Assembly (NCBI GenBank): GCA_035531495.1
Contig: DATKSU010000001.1
Span: 1-52,318, forward strand
Direction: 5' to 3'
Length of the DNA stretch: 52,318 nt
DNA from: Minisyncoccota bacterium
Lineage (GTDB): Bacteria > Patescibacteriota > Minisyncoccia > Phycocordibacterales > Phycocordibacteraceae
Below the pieces are notes generated by a model. It made no database searches and was not told where the DNA came from. It saw nothing but the letters and a program-made list of their open reading frames with translations. A program made the position numbers and the translations under genes. Positions 37,292-47,261 of the stretch are shown here, one piece after another (the stretch's first letter is position 1; each line of letters opens with the position of its first letter).

Positions 37292-38121
37292 GGCAGCGTC
37301 GAGGTCGCCGCCTGGAGCGCGCCGAGCAGATCCGTTCCCGAGTCGCGGAGCGTGACCCAGACGAGCGAGAAGACGTTCGTCATCGGCTGGATGCGCAGCG
37401 TGACGGTCGGCGCCGACGGGTCGCCGTCGATGCGCGCGACGATGCCGATCGGGAGCATGCCCGGGCCCGGCACGAAGACCGTATCTCCCGCCGCGATGCC
37501 CGCGGAGCGCTGGATTGACGCGTCGAGCGCACCGGCACCCGCGCCGCGGATGGTGATCGGCACGGACGTGCTCCCCGCCCAGCCGCCGGTAATCATGTCC
37601 GGTGCGGAGAAGAGCGTGACGCGCGCGACATCCGTATGCACGGTCGTGACGACGCCGAGCGGCACACCGCCAGCACCGAAGGCCTCCATGCCGCGCGTGA
37701 CGCCCGCGTCCGCGCCGGCCGCGACGACGAGCGTGTCATACGGGCTCTCGGGCGGGCGGGCGAGCACGCCGGCGAGAATGCCTTTCTTCGGCGCCGGCGC
37801 CGTGCCGAGGAGCGCCGTGAGGTTTGCGTTCTCTTCGAGGAGCGCCTGGTTCTTGTACGCGAGCGCGGTGTTCTCGGCGGAAAGCGCGTCGTTCTGCGCT
37901 GCTAGCGTCGCACTATTCTCGAACCCAGCGAGGAGCGCGTGCGTCCCGTTCGCGACGGCGTTCGAGGCGTCCATGGCCGGCGCCATGAGTTTCCAGAAGA
38001 GGTTCGGTGCGAGAAGCCGCAGCGCGAGTACGGCGAGGACGAAGGCGAGCGCGAGAGCGCCCGCCGAGAGGCCGGTCGGCGTCAGAAGCGCGTTACGCCT
38101 CGCTGAGAATATCCTCCTCAT
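37288..38121 (-). CDS. mreC: rod shape-determining protein MreC
   Basis: A TM segment, a coiled-coil (ATLAAQNDALSAENTALAYKNQALLEENANL) and a beta-barrel-rich C-terminus. The start is uncertain; the Met at 38121 overlaps the mreB end. Confidence 0.75.
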   Translation of the reverse strand: MRRIFSARRNALLTPTGLSAGALALAFVLAVLALRLLAPNLFWKLMAPAMDASNAVANGTHALLAGFENSATLAAQNDALSAENTALAYKNQALLEENANLTALLGTAPAPKKGILAGVLARPPESPYDTLVVAAGADAGVTRGMEAFGAGGVPLGVVTTVHTDVARVTLFSAPDMITGGWAGSTSVPITIRGAGAGALDASIQRSAGIAAGDTVFVPGPGMLPIGIVARIDGDPSAPTVTLRIQPMTNVFSLVWVTLRDSGTDLLGALQAATSTLP

Positions 38122-39145
38122 TGATGAAAAAGTCCGCGTAAGGACTCGGGTTCTCGGTGACGATGCCGGCGCCACGAACCACCGCGGTCAAGGGATCGGG
38201 CGCGACTTTGACCGGTACGCCGAGCATCTTCGCGAGCACTTGCGGCAAGCCGCGCAGGAGCGCGCCGCCGCCGAACACGGTCACGCCGCGCTCAAGGACG
38301 TCGGAAAGCAGTTCGGGGGGCGTGGCTTCGATGACTTCCTTCATGGCGTCCATGAGCGCATCAAGGGACGGCGCAAGGGCGTCGCGCACGTGTGCGTCGG
38401 AGATGGTGACTTCGCGCGGCAGCCCGGTCGCGAGGTCACGGCCGCGGATGCTCCTCGTGAGCGGCTCCGACAGGGGCGTTACCGCGCCGATGAAGATCTT
38501 CACTTCCTCGGCGGTGCGTTCCCCGATACCGAGCTTGAATTCGCTGTGCACGAAATCGATGATGTTCTCGTTGAAGTGGTCGCCTGCGATCTGCGAGCTC
38601 TTCGACGCGACGGAGCCCGAGAGCGCGATGACGGCGATGTCGGTCGTCCCGCCGCCGATGTCGAGGACCATGGTCCCGACGGCGTCCGCGACCGGCAGCT
38701 TCGCGCCGATGGCGCCCGCGGTCGGCTCTTCGAGGATGATGACTTCGCGAGCGCCGGCGTTCCTCGCCGCGTCGCGCACGGCGCGGCTCTGCACGTTCGT
38801 GACGCCCGTCGGCACGCCGATGACGACCCGCGGGCCGAAGAGCCGCGCGCGGCCGCCCTGCGCCTTGTTGATGAGGTACGTGAGGAGTTCCTCCGTCACC
38901 TCGAAGTCCGAGATGACGCCGTGCGAGAGCGGACGGACGGTGCGGATGTGCGGTGGCGTCTTGCCGAGCATCACCTTCGCCGCCTGTCCCACCGCGACGA
39001 CCTGGTTGGTCTTGTCGTTGACCGCGACGACCGACGGCTCGTTGATGACGATGCCGCGGCCGCGCACGTACACGAGCGTGTTCGACGTGCCGAGGTCGAT
39101 CCCGATGTCGGAGCTGAAGAGCGAATTCTTCGAGAATCTCGCCAT
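38093..39145 (-). CDS. mreB: rod shape-determining protein MreB
   Basis: The actin-fold motifs DIGIDLGTSNTLV, NEPSVVAV and VLDIGGGTTDIAV are present. Confidence 0.9.
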   Translation of the reverse strand: MARFSKNSLFSSDIGIDLGTSNTLVYVRGRGIVINEPSVVAVNDKTNQVVAVGQAAKVMLGKTPPHIRTVRPLSHGVISDFEVTEELLTYLINKAQGGRARLFGPRVVIGVPTGVTNVQSRAVRDAARNAGAREVIILEEPTAGAIGAKLPVADAVGTMVLDIGGGTTDIAVIALSGSVASKSSQIAGDHFNENIIDFVHSEFKLGIGERTAEEVKIFIGAVTPLSEPLTRSIRGRDLATGLPREVTISDAHVRDALAPSLDALMDAMKEVIEATPPELLSDVLERGVTVFGGGALLRGLPQVLAKMLGVPVKVAPDPLTAVVRGAGIVTENPSPYADFFINEEDILSEA

Positions 39146-39148
39146 ACG

Positions 39149-40383
39149 CTAGCGCGCGAGGAGCGCCGCGCGCGGCTTCTTCTCAACCGTCCCGGTCGCG
39201 CGATCGACGACCTCGAACGTCCCGCTTGCAGCGGCCTCCTTGCCCACCACGATGCGTGACGGGATGCCGATGAGATCGCTCTCCGCGAACTTCTGGCCCG
39301 CGCTCATGTCGCGATCGTCGTAGAGGGTCTCGATGCCGGCCGCGACGAGGTCCTCGTAGAGTGCGTCCGCCCCTTTCGCTACCGCATCGCCCGGCTTGCC
39401 GAGAGAGACCAGGTGCACGGAAAACGGGGCGACTTCTGCAGGCCAGACGAGACCTTTCTCGTCGGCAAGCGTCTCCACGATGGTGCCCATGAGGCGCGTC
39501 GGGCCGATGCCGTAACAGCCCATGACGACCGGCCGGGACTTCCCTTCCCGGTCGAGGTAAGAAAGGCCCAAGGGCTCGGAGAACCGCGTCCCGAGCTTGA
39601 AGATGTTGCCGACCTCGACCGCCGGCGCTTCCTCGAGCTCATCTTTCGAGAGGCCGAGGTCCGCGAGCACCTCGTCGGTGAGCACTTCTTCGTTGATGGC
39701 GAGGTGCTTCTCCCGCGCAACGTAGACGGTGTCCTCGCCGGCATCGCAGAGCGTCTGGAACTCATGGCTGTACTTGGAGAACGCCCCGCCCGACGCGAAG
39801 GTCAGGAAGGTGCGGTCGCCGATGCCTGCGCGGCGGAAAACGGAGCGGTAGGCCTCGGTCGCCTTCTCGTAGAAGACGTCGAGGTCCTTCTCGTCGGCGT
39901 GGAAGGAATAGAGGTCCTTCATGAGGAATTCCCGCCCGCGCATGATGCCGGACTTCGCGCGCTCTTCGTTGCGGAATTTCGTCTGTATCTGGTACACAGA
40001 GAACGGCAGGTCGCGGTACGAGCTCACGTGCTGCGACGCGATGTGCGTGATCGCTTCTTCTTGCGTCCAGCCAAGCCGAGTTCGCCGCCTGCGTTCAAGG
40101 ACGTCTTGAACCATACGTCCTCGTCCCAGCGATCGGTCTTCTTCCAGAGTTCCGGATTCTGGAGCGACGACAAGAGTACTTCCTGTCCGCCAAGAACGTT
40201 CATCTCCTCTCGGACGATGCGGACGATGTTGTCGAGAGTGCGTAGTCCCAAGGGGAGGTACGAATACACGCCGGCCATCTCCTTCTGGATGAAGCCTGCG
40301 CGGATGAGGAGCTGCGCGTTCTTCACCACTTCGTCCGCCGGCGCCTCGCGTCGCGCTTTCGTGAAGAGCTCTGATTGCCGCAT
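39149..40383 (-). pseudogene. proS: prolyl-tRNA synthetase, reading frame broken by a 1-nt frameshift near 40075 (true pseudogene or assembly error)
   Basis: The N-terminal ORF (MRQSELFTKARREAP...NAGGELG) and the C-terminal ORF (LGWTQEEAITHI...YQIQTKFRNEERAKSGIMRGREFLMKD...GCYGIGPTR) together make a complete ProRS. They lie in frames offset by one nucleotide. 1235 nt equals 3n-1. Confidence 0.85.
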
Positions 40384-40429
40384 AATGGCCTCAAGTATAT
40401 GCCGAGGGCGCGGCAAGCGCAAAAATCGG

Positions 40430-41521
40430 CTAGCCGACGATGCGGAAGATGTCGTGCGCCGTCACGACGACCATGAGGAGGATGAGGAATGCGAAGCCGG
40501 TCAGGTTGACGGCGCGCGCGACGCTCGGCTTGATGGGCCGGCGGATGATGCCTTCGATGACGACGAAGAGGAGCCGGCCGCCGTCGAGGGCCGGGATGGG
40601 GATGAGGTTGATGATTGCGAGGTTGATGGAGATGACGGCCATGAGGGACAGGAGGTCGCCGAATCCCTGCGCGGACGCGGCGCCGACGGCGCCCGCGATG
40701 CCGACGGGACCCGAGACCTGCGAGAGGTTCGCCGAGAGAGTGAAGATGCCGTAAAAGAGGTGCCAGAGCCCGGCCGCGGTGAGCATGGTGGCGCCCCAGG
40801 TGAGCGCCGCGCCCTGCGTGATCGCGTGCGGCAGCGAGACCGGGACGACGCCGATGGTCGCGACCTCGATGCCGAGCGCGTACCGGCTCGGGTCGTCCGC
40901 GACGAGGCCCCGCACCGGCGTCGCTGTAATCGTGCGCTCGACGCCTTCCGCGTCGACGACGTGCAGCGTGACGGCAGCGCCGCCGCTTCCCGCGATGAAC
41001 GACGAGAAGCCTGCGGGGTCGACGGCATGCCACGTGCCGTTCGCGTCGCGTGCGTCCGTGACCGAGTCCCCGAGCGCGATGCCGGCAAGCGCGGCCGGCG
41101 TGTTCGGCAGCACGTTCACGACCGCGAGCGAGGTGTCGGACGCCTGCGCGACCTCGTTCGGCGTGAGCGCGCGCGGCGTCCCCGCGACGAGCGCGCCCGT
41201 GATGAGCACGTATGCGAAGAGGAGATTCATCGCGACGCCCGCGACGAGCACGATGGCCTGCTTGATGCGGGAGCGCGATGAGAAGGAGCGCGGACCGGTT
41301 TCGACGCCGTCCTCGCCGTAGATCTTCACGAAGCCGCCGAATGGCAGCCAGTTGAGCGTGTACGAGGTCTCGCCGATTGTCGCGATCGTCGCCGCGCGCG
41401 GCGGGAAGCCGATGCCGAATTCGTCCACGCGCATGCCGGAGAGCTTCGCAGCGATGAAGTGCCCGAGCTCATGCACGAGGATGAGGGCGACGATGACGAT
41501 GAGGAACGTGAGTATCTCCAT
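40430..41521 (-). CDS. rseP: RIP metalloprotease RseP (site-2 protease, M50) with PDZ domain
   Basis: HELGHF in TM1, a central PDZ (PAALAGIALGDSV) and a C-terminal NLIPIPALDGG motif. Confidence 0.85.
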   Translation of the reverse strand: MEILTFLIVIVALILVHELGHFIAAKLSGMRVDEFGIGFPPRAATIATIGETSYTLNWLPFGGFVKIYGEDGVETGPRSFSSRSRIKQAIVLVAGVAMNLLFAYVLITGALVAGTPRALTPNEVAQASDTSLAVVNVLPNTPAALAGIALGDSVTDARDANGTWHAVDPAGFSSFIAGSGGAAVTLHVVDAEGVERTITATPVRGLVADDPSRYALGIEVATIGVVPVSLPHAITQGAALTWGATMLTAAGLWHLFYGIFTLSANLSQVSGPVGIAGAVGAASAQGFGDLLSLMAVISINLAIINLIPIPALDGGRLLFVVIEGIIRRPIKPSVARAVNLTGFAFLILLMVVVTAHDIFRIVG

Positions 41522-41523
41522 TC

Positions 41524-42075
41524 TTATTGCGCGATGTCCACTTCTTTCTTCTCCAGGATGGCGGCGAGCGCTTCGTTTCCGGCGTCGATGAGCTTCTGCA
41601 CCTCCGCCTTCAGGCGCGCCGCTTCATCTTCCCCCATGCCGCCCGCTTTCTCCGCCGCCTCGAGCTCCTTCAGGGCGTCGGTGCGGCGGCCGCGCAGCGT
41701 GACGCGCGCCTGCTCGGCCTTGTCGCCCGCAATCTTCGAGAGCTGCGCCCGGCGTTCCGCCGTGAGCTCGGGGAACGAGATGCGCAGCCCCTGACTGTCG
41801 ACCGCGACGCCGACGCCGAGGTTCGCGTCCGTGACGGCCTTCTCGATGACTTTCAGCTGCGACATGTCCCACGGGATGACCCGCAGGGTGCGGGCGTCTT
41901 CGACTGAGACGGACGCCACGTGCGCGAGCGGCGTCCGGGCACCATAGATGTCCGGCTTCACGCTGTCGAGCAAGGTCGGCGACGCGCGGCCGGTGCGGAC
42001 GCTCGCGAGCTCGCGAGACAGCCACTCCTCGGTATCGCGGATAGCATCCTTAAGTTTCGAGAAGTCGTACGCCAT
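41524..42075 (-). CDS. frr: ribosome recycling factor
   Basis: The length is 183 aa. SVRTGRASPTLLDSV and ISFPELTAERRAQL match the RRF pattern. TGgTATGAT lies 8 nt upstream of the ATG. Confidence 0.95.
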   Translation of the reverse strand: MAYDFSKLKDAIRDTEEWLSRELASVRTGRASPTLLDSVKPDIYGARTPLAHVASVSVEDARTLRVIPWDMSQLKVIEKAVTDANLGVGVAVDSQGLRISFPELTAERRAQLSKIAGDKAEQARVTLRGRRTDALKELEAAEKAGGMGEDEAARLKAEVQKLIDAGNEALAAILEKKEVDIAQ

Positions 42076-42084
42076 ATCCCCGCA

Positions 42085-42765
42085 TCATACCAAATCCTTC
42101 GGCGCGACGAGCGCGAGATGCTCGAGGACGAGACGAACGGGTGCGCTGCGATCGTGGAGATAGCCGCGTACGGCCTGCACGTCCTTGAGAAGCGCGACGA
42201 CGGGTGCGGATGCCTTCCCGTGCAGGCGCGCGTATGCCGCCGCCTCAATGCCGTTCACGATGGCGAGCGCTTCGTCGCGATGCGCGCGCCGTTCGTCGTC
42301 GTCCTTGCCGCTCGCGAGCCTCTTCGCGACAGCGCTGCGCTTCTCCGCGTTCGCGGCGAGGAACGCGCGTGCCGCTTCCGACACGGCCGGGGCCGGCGCA
42401 TGTTCGCCCGCGAGCACGGCGGCGCGCGATCGCATCGTCGGCAGGAGGCCGCCCAAGGACGGCAGTATGAGAAAGAGGTAGGTGCCCTCGGGCGGCTCCT
42501 CGAAGAGTTTCAGGAGCGCGTTCTGCGCCTCATGATAGGCGCGGCCCGCGGCGATGACGAGCGCCTTATGCTCGCCCGCGACCGGCGCCTGCGCCGCGAA
42601 CGCGCCGACGCGGCGCGCGTCCTCGACCGAGAAGAGGCCGTAAACGAACTCGACGATGTCCGGGTTGTTGCGCCCAGCGAGGCCGAGTTCGCGTGCGAGC
42701 CAGTCGCGTGCCGCGGCGATGCCCGCCTCCGCTTCGGCCTCGATGACGAACGCGTGGTGCCGCAT
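42085..42765 (-). CDS. holB: DNA polymerase III delta'-like subunit (short, degenerate AAA+)
   Basis: AQNALLKLFEEPP and the LLPTMRSRA (SRC-like) motif. No intact Walker A is present. TATACT lies 6 nt upstream of the ATG. Confidence 0.65.
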   Translation of the reverse strand: MRHHAFVIEAEAEAGIAAARDWLARELGLAGRNNPDIVEFVYGLFSVEDARRVGAFAAQAPVAGEHKALVIAAGRAYHEAQNALLKLFEEPPEGTYLFLILPSLGGLLPTMRSRAAVLAGEHAPAPAVSEAARAFLAANAEKRSAVAKRLASGKDDDERRAHRDEALAIVNGIEAAAYARLHGKASAPVVALLKDVQAVRGYLHDRSAPVRLVLEHLALVAPKDLV

Positions 42766-42789
42766 GCGGCCAGTATAGCGCGAGCGGCG

Positions 42790-43815
42790 TCAGCTCTTCG
42801 CCAAGATGCTCTTGCGGTAGGTGTCGAGGTGCTTGAGCGCGATGCCGGTACCGCGGGCGACGCAGTAATAGGGGTCGGTTGCGAGCTTTGCGACGACGCC
42901 CGTGCGGCGGTAGACGAGTTCGGGCATCTGGCGCAGCTGCGAGGAGCCGCCGGTCAGGATGATGCCGTTGTCGATGATGTCGGCCGCGAGCTCGGGCGGC
43001 GTCTCCTGGAGCACCTTGCGCACCGCCTGCGTCATCTCGCGCAATTCGCGCGCCATCGCCTGGACGATGTCGTTCGTCGAGAGGTCGACCGTGCGCGGCA
43101 GTCCGCTCATGAGGTCGCGGCCCTTGACCGCGAACGTGAGCTCCTCGTTCAATGGCACCGCGGCGCCGACTTTTATTTTGATCTCTTCCGCGGTCTTATC
43201 GCCGATGGAGAGGTTGTGCTGGCGCTTCACGTGGTCGACGATGGCGCGGTCGAGGCGATCGCCCGCGCACTTCACGGAGGTCGACGCGACGATGCCGCCG
43301 AGCGATATCACGGCGGCGTCGATAGTGCCGCCGCCGATGTCGACGACCATGCGGCCCATGGGCTCGTGGATGGGAATGCCGGCGCCGATGGCGGCGAGGA
43401 TGGGTTCCTTCACGACGTACGCGTTCTTCGCGCCGGCCTTCATCGCCGCTTCGATGACGGCGCGCTTCTCGGTCGAGGTCACGCCCGCGGGGACGGAGAC
43501 GATGACCGTCGGCTTGAACGGGTTGCCGCGGAGCGCTTTCTTCATGAAGTAGCGCAGCATCGCTTCGGTCACGCGGTAGTCGGCAATGACGCCGTCCTTC
43601 ATCGGGCGGTACGCCACGATGTCGTCCGGCGTCCGGCCGACCATCCGCTTCGCCTCGTTGCCGATGGCGAGGATCTTGTTGCCGCCCTGCTTCCCCTGCC
43701 CTTTGCTCACCGCGACGACTGACGGCTCGTTGATGATGACCCCTTTGCCCGGCATGAAGACGAGGACATTCGTCGTGCCGAGGTCGATGCCGAGCTTGGG
43801 AGAGAAGAAGGACAT
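42790..43815 (-). CDS. second MreB-family actin homologue (MreB/Mbl paralogue)
   Basis: KLGIDLGTTNVLV, NEPSVVAV, GRTPDDIVAYRPMKDGVIADY and VVDIGGGTIDAAV. The upstream 494 codons of the track ORF are antisense to murA and were discarded. TATCAT lies 8 nt before the ATG. Confidence 0.85.
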   Translation of the reverse strand: MSFFSPKLGIDLGTTNVLVFMPGKGVIINEPSVVAVSKGQGKQGGNKILAIGNEAKRMVGRTPDDIVAYRPMKDGVIADYRVTEAMLRYFMKKALRGNPFKPTVIVSVPAGVTSTEKRAVIEAAMKAGAKNAYVVKEPILAAIGAGIPIHEPMGRMVVDIGGGTIDAAVISLGGIVASTSVKCAGDRLDRAIVDHVKRQHNLSIGDKTAEEIKIKVGAAVPLNEELTFAVKGRDLMSGLPRTVDLSTNDIVQAMARELREMTQAVRKVLQETPPELAADIIDNGIILTGGSSQLRQMPELVYRRTGVVAKLATDPYYCVARGTGIALKHLDTYRKSILAKS

Positions 43816-43887
43816 GTGCGCGCATGATACCGCGCCCGCCTGCATCTGTGCAAAAGCCGGCGGCAGGCGGGGTGCTACGATAGCCCC

Positions 43888-45198
43888 ATGCAGGAAGGGA
43901 TGAATTTCATCGTCGACGGCGGTAAGCGGCTCTCGGGCACGGTCGTGACGAGCCGCTCGAAGAACGGCGCCGTCGCCCTCCTCGCCGCTTCCCTCTTGAA
44001 TCGCGGTACGACGACTCTCGAGCACGTGCCGAAGATCGAAGAGGTCAACCGTCTCATCGAAGTGCTCCGCTCCATCGGCGTCTCGGTCGAGTGGCAAGGT
44101 TCGAACGTCGTCCTCACGCCGCCCGCGGCGCTCTCGCTCGACGCCATCGACCGCGCAGCCGCGACGAAGACGCGCAGCATCCTCATGTTCATCGGCCCCC
44201 TGCTCCACGCGTTCGATTCGTTCGAGCTGCCGCAGTCGGGCGGCTGTACCTTGGGCCTGCGCAGCGTCCGGCCGCACCTTTTCGCGCTCGAAAAGTTCGG
44301 CGTGTCCATCGAAGCGCTCACCGACCGCTATCGCGTGACGCACGGCGCGCTTCACGCGGCGGAGGCCGTCCTCTACGAATCGAGCGATACCGCGACCATT
44401 AACGCCCTCCTCGCCGCCGCGCGCATCCCGGACGAGAGCGTCATCAAGTACGCGTCGGCAAACTATCAAGTGCAGGAAGTGTGCGGATTCCTGCGCGCCC
44501 TCGGCGTCCGAATAGACGGCGTCGGAACGACGACGCTCTCCGTCCGCGGCGTCGCCGATATCGCGCAGGATGTCGCCTACAGCGTCGCCGAGGACCCGAC
44601 CGACGCGATGTTCTACATCGCCACCGCCATCCTCACCGATTCTGCGCTCACTATCGCCGCGGCGCCCATCGAGTTCCTCGAAGTCGAGCTCTTCCTGCTC
44701 GAGAAGATGGGACTCTCCTTCTCGCTTTCGAACCGCCGCACCTCCGAGAACGGCATCACGAAGCTCGTTGACCTCTCGCTCGAGCCGTCGGAACTCGTCG
44801 CCTTCCCCGAAAAGATTCACGCCCGCCCGTACCCGGGCCTCAACATCGACAACCTCCCCTTCTTCGCCGTCATCGCGACGAAGGCGAAAGGTACGACCCT
44901 CATCCACGATTGGGTCTACGAGAAGCGCGCCATCTACTACACCGAACTCGACCGGCTCGGCGCGACGACGGTGCTCCACGACCCGCACCGCATCTCTATC
45001 GAAGGCCCGACGCGCCTGAAACCAGCCGAGGTCATCTGTCCGCCAGCCTTGCGACCTGCGACCATCATCCTCGTCGCCATGCTCGGCGCTCACGGCCGCT
45101 CGATGCTGCGCAACGTCTATAGCATCAATCGCGGCTACGAGGACCTCGTCGCACGGCTCGGGAAGCTCGGCGCCTCCATCGAGACGCACGCGGGATGA
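43888..45198 (+). CDS. murA: UDP-N-acetylglucosamine 1-carboxyvinyltransferase
   Basis: GSVVTSRSKNGAVALLAASLL, the active-site loop with GGC (QSGGCTLGLRSVRPH), and the EPSP-synthase-like fold length. TGcTACGAT lies 6 nt upstream. Confidence 0.9.
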   Translation: MQEGMNFIVDGGKRLSGTVVTSRSKNGAVALLAASLLNRGTTTLEHVPKIEEVNRLIEVLRSIGVSVEWQGSNVVLTPPAALSLDAIDRAAATKTRSILMFIGPLLHAFDSFELPQSGGCTLGLRSVRPHLFALEKFGVSIEALTDRYRVTHGALHAAEAVLYESSDTATINALLAAARIPDESVIKYASANYQVQEVCGFLRALGVRIDGVGTTTLSVRGVADIAQDVAYSVAEDPTDAMFYIATAILTDSALTIAAAPIEFLEVELFLLEKMGLSFSLSNRRTSENGITKLVDLSLEPSELVAFPEKIHARPYPGLNIDNLPFFAVIATKAKGTTLIHDWVYEKRAIYYTELDRLGATTVLHDPHRISIEGPTRLKPAEVICPPALRPATIILVAMLGAHGRSMLRNVYSINRGYEDLVARLGKLGASIETHAG

Positions 45199-45202
45199 CG
45201 CC

Positions 45203-45511
45203 ATGAAACGCATCGGTGACATCCTCCCCGATTTCGAGAAGAAGGCCGCAGCGGCGCCGAGAGGGCGCAAGCGCCTCACCGAACGGGGTGAGCTCATGCG
45301 TTTCTTCCAGCGGCATCTGAACCACTCGCGGACGAAGGACGGCTATCAGCCGATATCGATGCCGCGCATGGGAGCGATACTCGAGGGGATACCGACCGGC
45401 GACCTCTACTATCTCAAGAGCGTGTGCATGAAAGCGAAGAGCTTCTCCAAGAAATTCTGGTGGGAAGTAGACCCCGGCAAGCACATGAAGGAGAATACCG
45501 AACCGTTCTGA
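45203..45511 (+). CDS. hypothetical protein, 102 aa
   Basis: The ORF follows directly on murA and has host-like composition. No family was recognised. Confidence 0.5.
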   Translation: MKRIGDILPDFEKKAAAAPRGRKRLTERGELMRFFQRHLNHSRTKDGYQPISMPRMGAILEGIPTGDLYYLKSVCMKAKSFSKKFWWEVDPGKHMKENTEPF

Positions 45512-45532
45512 TTGTGTGCTAGATTGGGACAC

Positions 45533-46060
45533 ATGCGAGAAATCGTGCAAGCCGAGGCGCCCGTCCTGCGAGGGGTCGCGAAGCCCGTGCCGGAGGAGCT
45601 TTTCGGCACGGAGGAGCTCGCGCGCACTATCGCCGATATGGCCGAAGCGCTCGACGCGCAGCCCGAAGGCGTCGCCCTCGCGGCGCCACAGATTGGTATC
45701 CCGCTGCGCCTCTTCATCGTGCGCATGGACCGCACGTTGCCTCCGCCGCCCGAGGGCGTGCCGCAGCCGCCGCCCGAGGTCGAGGCGTACGTGAATCCGG
45801 AGATCACGAAGACATCGCGTAAGCGCACGGCGGCGGATGAGGGATGCCTCTCCGTCCGCGATGTCTACGGCACGACGCAGCGCCACGAGCGGGCCACCAT
45901 CCGCGCCCGGCGTGCGGATGGTTCGCGCTTCACGCGCGGCGCCGGCGGCCTTCTCGCGCAGATATTCGAACACGAAATCGACCACCTGAACGGCATCCTG
46001 TTCACCGATCACGCGGAGAACCTTTTTCATATCACGCATGAACCAGGACCCGCAGCATAA
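45533..46060 (+). CDS. def: peptide deformylase
   Basis: The GVALAAPQIG, EGCLS and HEIDHLNG motifs are present. TGcTAGATT lies 7 nt upstream of the ATG at 45533. Confidence 0.9.
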   Translation: MREIVQAEAPVLRGVAKPVPEELFGTEELARTIADMAEALDAQPEGVALAAPQIGIPLRLFIVRMDRTLPPPPEGVPQPPPEVEAYVNPEITKTSRKRTAADEGCLSVRDVYGTTQRHERATIRARRADGSRFTRGAGGLLAQIFEHEIDHLNGILFTDHAENLFHITHEPGPAA

Positions 46061-46871
46061 TTTCGCGTACTTCGGCACGCCGACCGTCGCGCGCGAGACG
46101 CTCGAACTCCTCCTCGCGCGCGGCTTCGCGCCCGCGCTCGTCGTGACGGGGCCCGACGCGCCGAAAGGGCGCGGCCTCGCGCTCACGCCTTCGCCCGTGA
46201 AGACGCTCGCCGAAGAGCGCGGGCTGCCCGTAGTAACGCCGGCGGCGCTCGATGACGCCGCCATCGAGGCCATCCGCGCGCGCGGCTGCGATTACGCCGT
46301 CGTCGTCGCGTACGGGAAGATATTCCCGGAGACGCTTATCGCGGCGTTCCCGAAGGGCGTCGTGAACGTGCACTACTCCCTCCTGCCCCGCCATCGCGGC
46401 GCGACGCCCGTCGAAGCCGCGCTCCTCGCGGGCGACGCCGTGACGGGCGTCACCATCCAGAAGATGGTCAAAGAGCTCGACGCGGGCGACGTCCTCGCGC
46501 AAGAGGAGACGCCGATCGACGCAGACGAGACCGCGCGCGAGCTGCGGCCGCGTCTCATTACGCTCGGCGCCGAACTCCTCGCCGATACGCTCCCCGCGCT
46601 CGAACGCGGCGAGCTGCGGCCGGTGCCGCAAGACGCATCTCGCGCGACACACTCCGGCAAATTAAAGAAGCAGGACGGCGAGCTCTCGCTCGATGGGTCC
46701 GCCGACGAGAATTGGCGCAAGTACCGCGCCTTCGCCGATACCATCGGCACATATTTCTTCGAGAACGGCGCGCGCATGAAGATAACGAAGGCGTCGTTCA
46801 AAGGTAGCCGGTTCGTCGTCGAGCGCGTCATCCCCGAAGGCAAGCGTGAGACGGCGTACGCGGGTTCCTGA
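46038..46871 (+). CDS. fmt: methionyl-tRNA formyltransferase (short form)
   Basis: FGTP...VVTGPDAPKGRG, NVHYSLLPRHRGATPVEAAL (HxSLLPxxRG) and DAGDVL. It follows def. Confidence 0.85.
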   Translation: MNQDPQHNFAYFGTPTVARETLELLLARGFAPALVVTGPDAPKGRGLALTPSPVKTLAEERGLPVVTPAALDDAAIEAIRARGCDYAVVVAYGKIFPETLIAAFPKGVVNVHYSLLPRHRGATPVEAALLAGDAVTGVTIQKMVKELDAGDVLAQEETPIDADETARELRPRLITLGAELLADTLPALERGELRPVPQDASRATHSGKLKKQDGELSLDGSADENWRKYRAFADTIGTYFFENGARMKITKASFKGSRFVVERVIPEGKRETAYAGS

Positions 46872-46887
46872 CGGGACGGCGGCGACC

Positions 46888-47250
46888 CTACTCTCCGAGA
46901 CGGAGCATGCGCTTCAGCGCCGAACCGCCGCGCTTCCAGAGCTTGCGGCCGCGGCCGCGGTCGCGTCGTATCTCTGCCTCGAGCTGGCTCCTCACCCGAT
47001 CGGCGGCGCTTTCTGGGTTCGGCTTCACGGCCTCAGCGCGATAGACCTCGCCGTCGACCGAGAGCCGAGCGACGAGCCGGCAGGGCTCTGACGAGCGTCC
47101 TTCAGGCGGCGCCTCTTCGACTTCGATCTCGAGCAACGCCGTGTCGTCCGCGCCTCCCATGAGGCGCAGAGGCGCGGCAAGCTTCTTCTCGACGAGCGCT
47201 TCGGTTTCCGGGGAGAGTTCGTACTTGGTCGCTTTGATGGAAGTGCGCAT
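46888..47250 (-). CDS. ribosome-associated inhibitor / hibernation factor-like protein (S30AE family)
   Basis: The N-terminus MRTSIKATKYELSPETEALVEKKL has the pattern of RaiA/HPF short forms. The C-terminus is basic. This is a moderate-confidence family call. Confidence 0.6.
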   Translation of the reverse strand: MRTSIKATKYELSPETEALVEKKLAAPLRLMGGADDTALLEIEVEEAPPEGRSSEPCRLVARLSVDGEVYRAEAVKPNPESAADRVRSQLEAEIRRDRGRGRKLWKRGGSALKRMLRLGE

Positions 47251-47261
47251 AGTAAGGAGCG

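Noticed and set aside
40060-40090. Programmed -1 ribosomal frameshifting in proS.
   Set aside because: No slippery heptamer and no obvious downstream hairpin or pseudoknot was seen at the frame junction. A simple 1-nt indel, biological or from assembly, is more parsimonious. The frameshift itself is kept as a finding.
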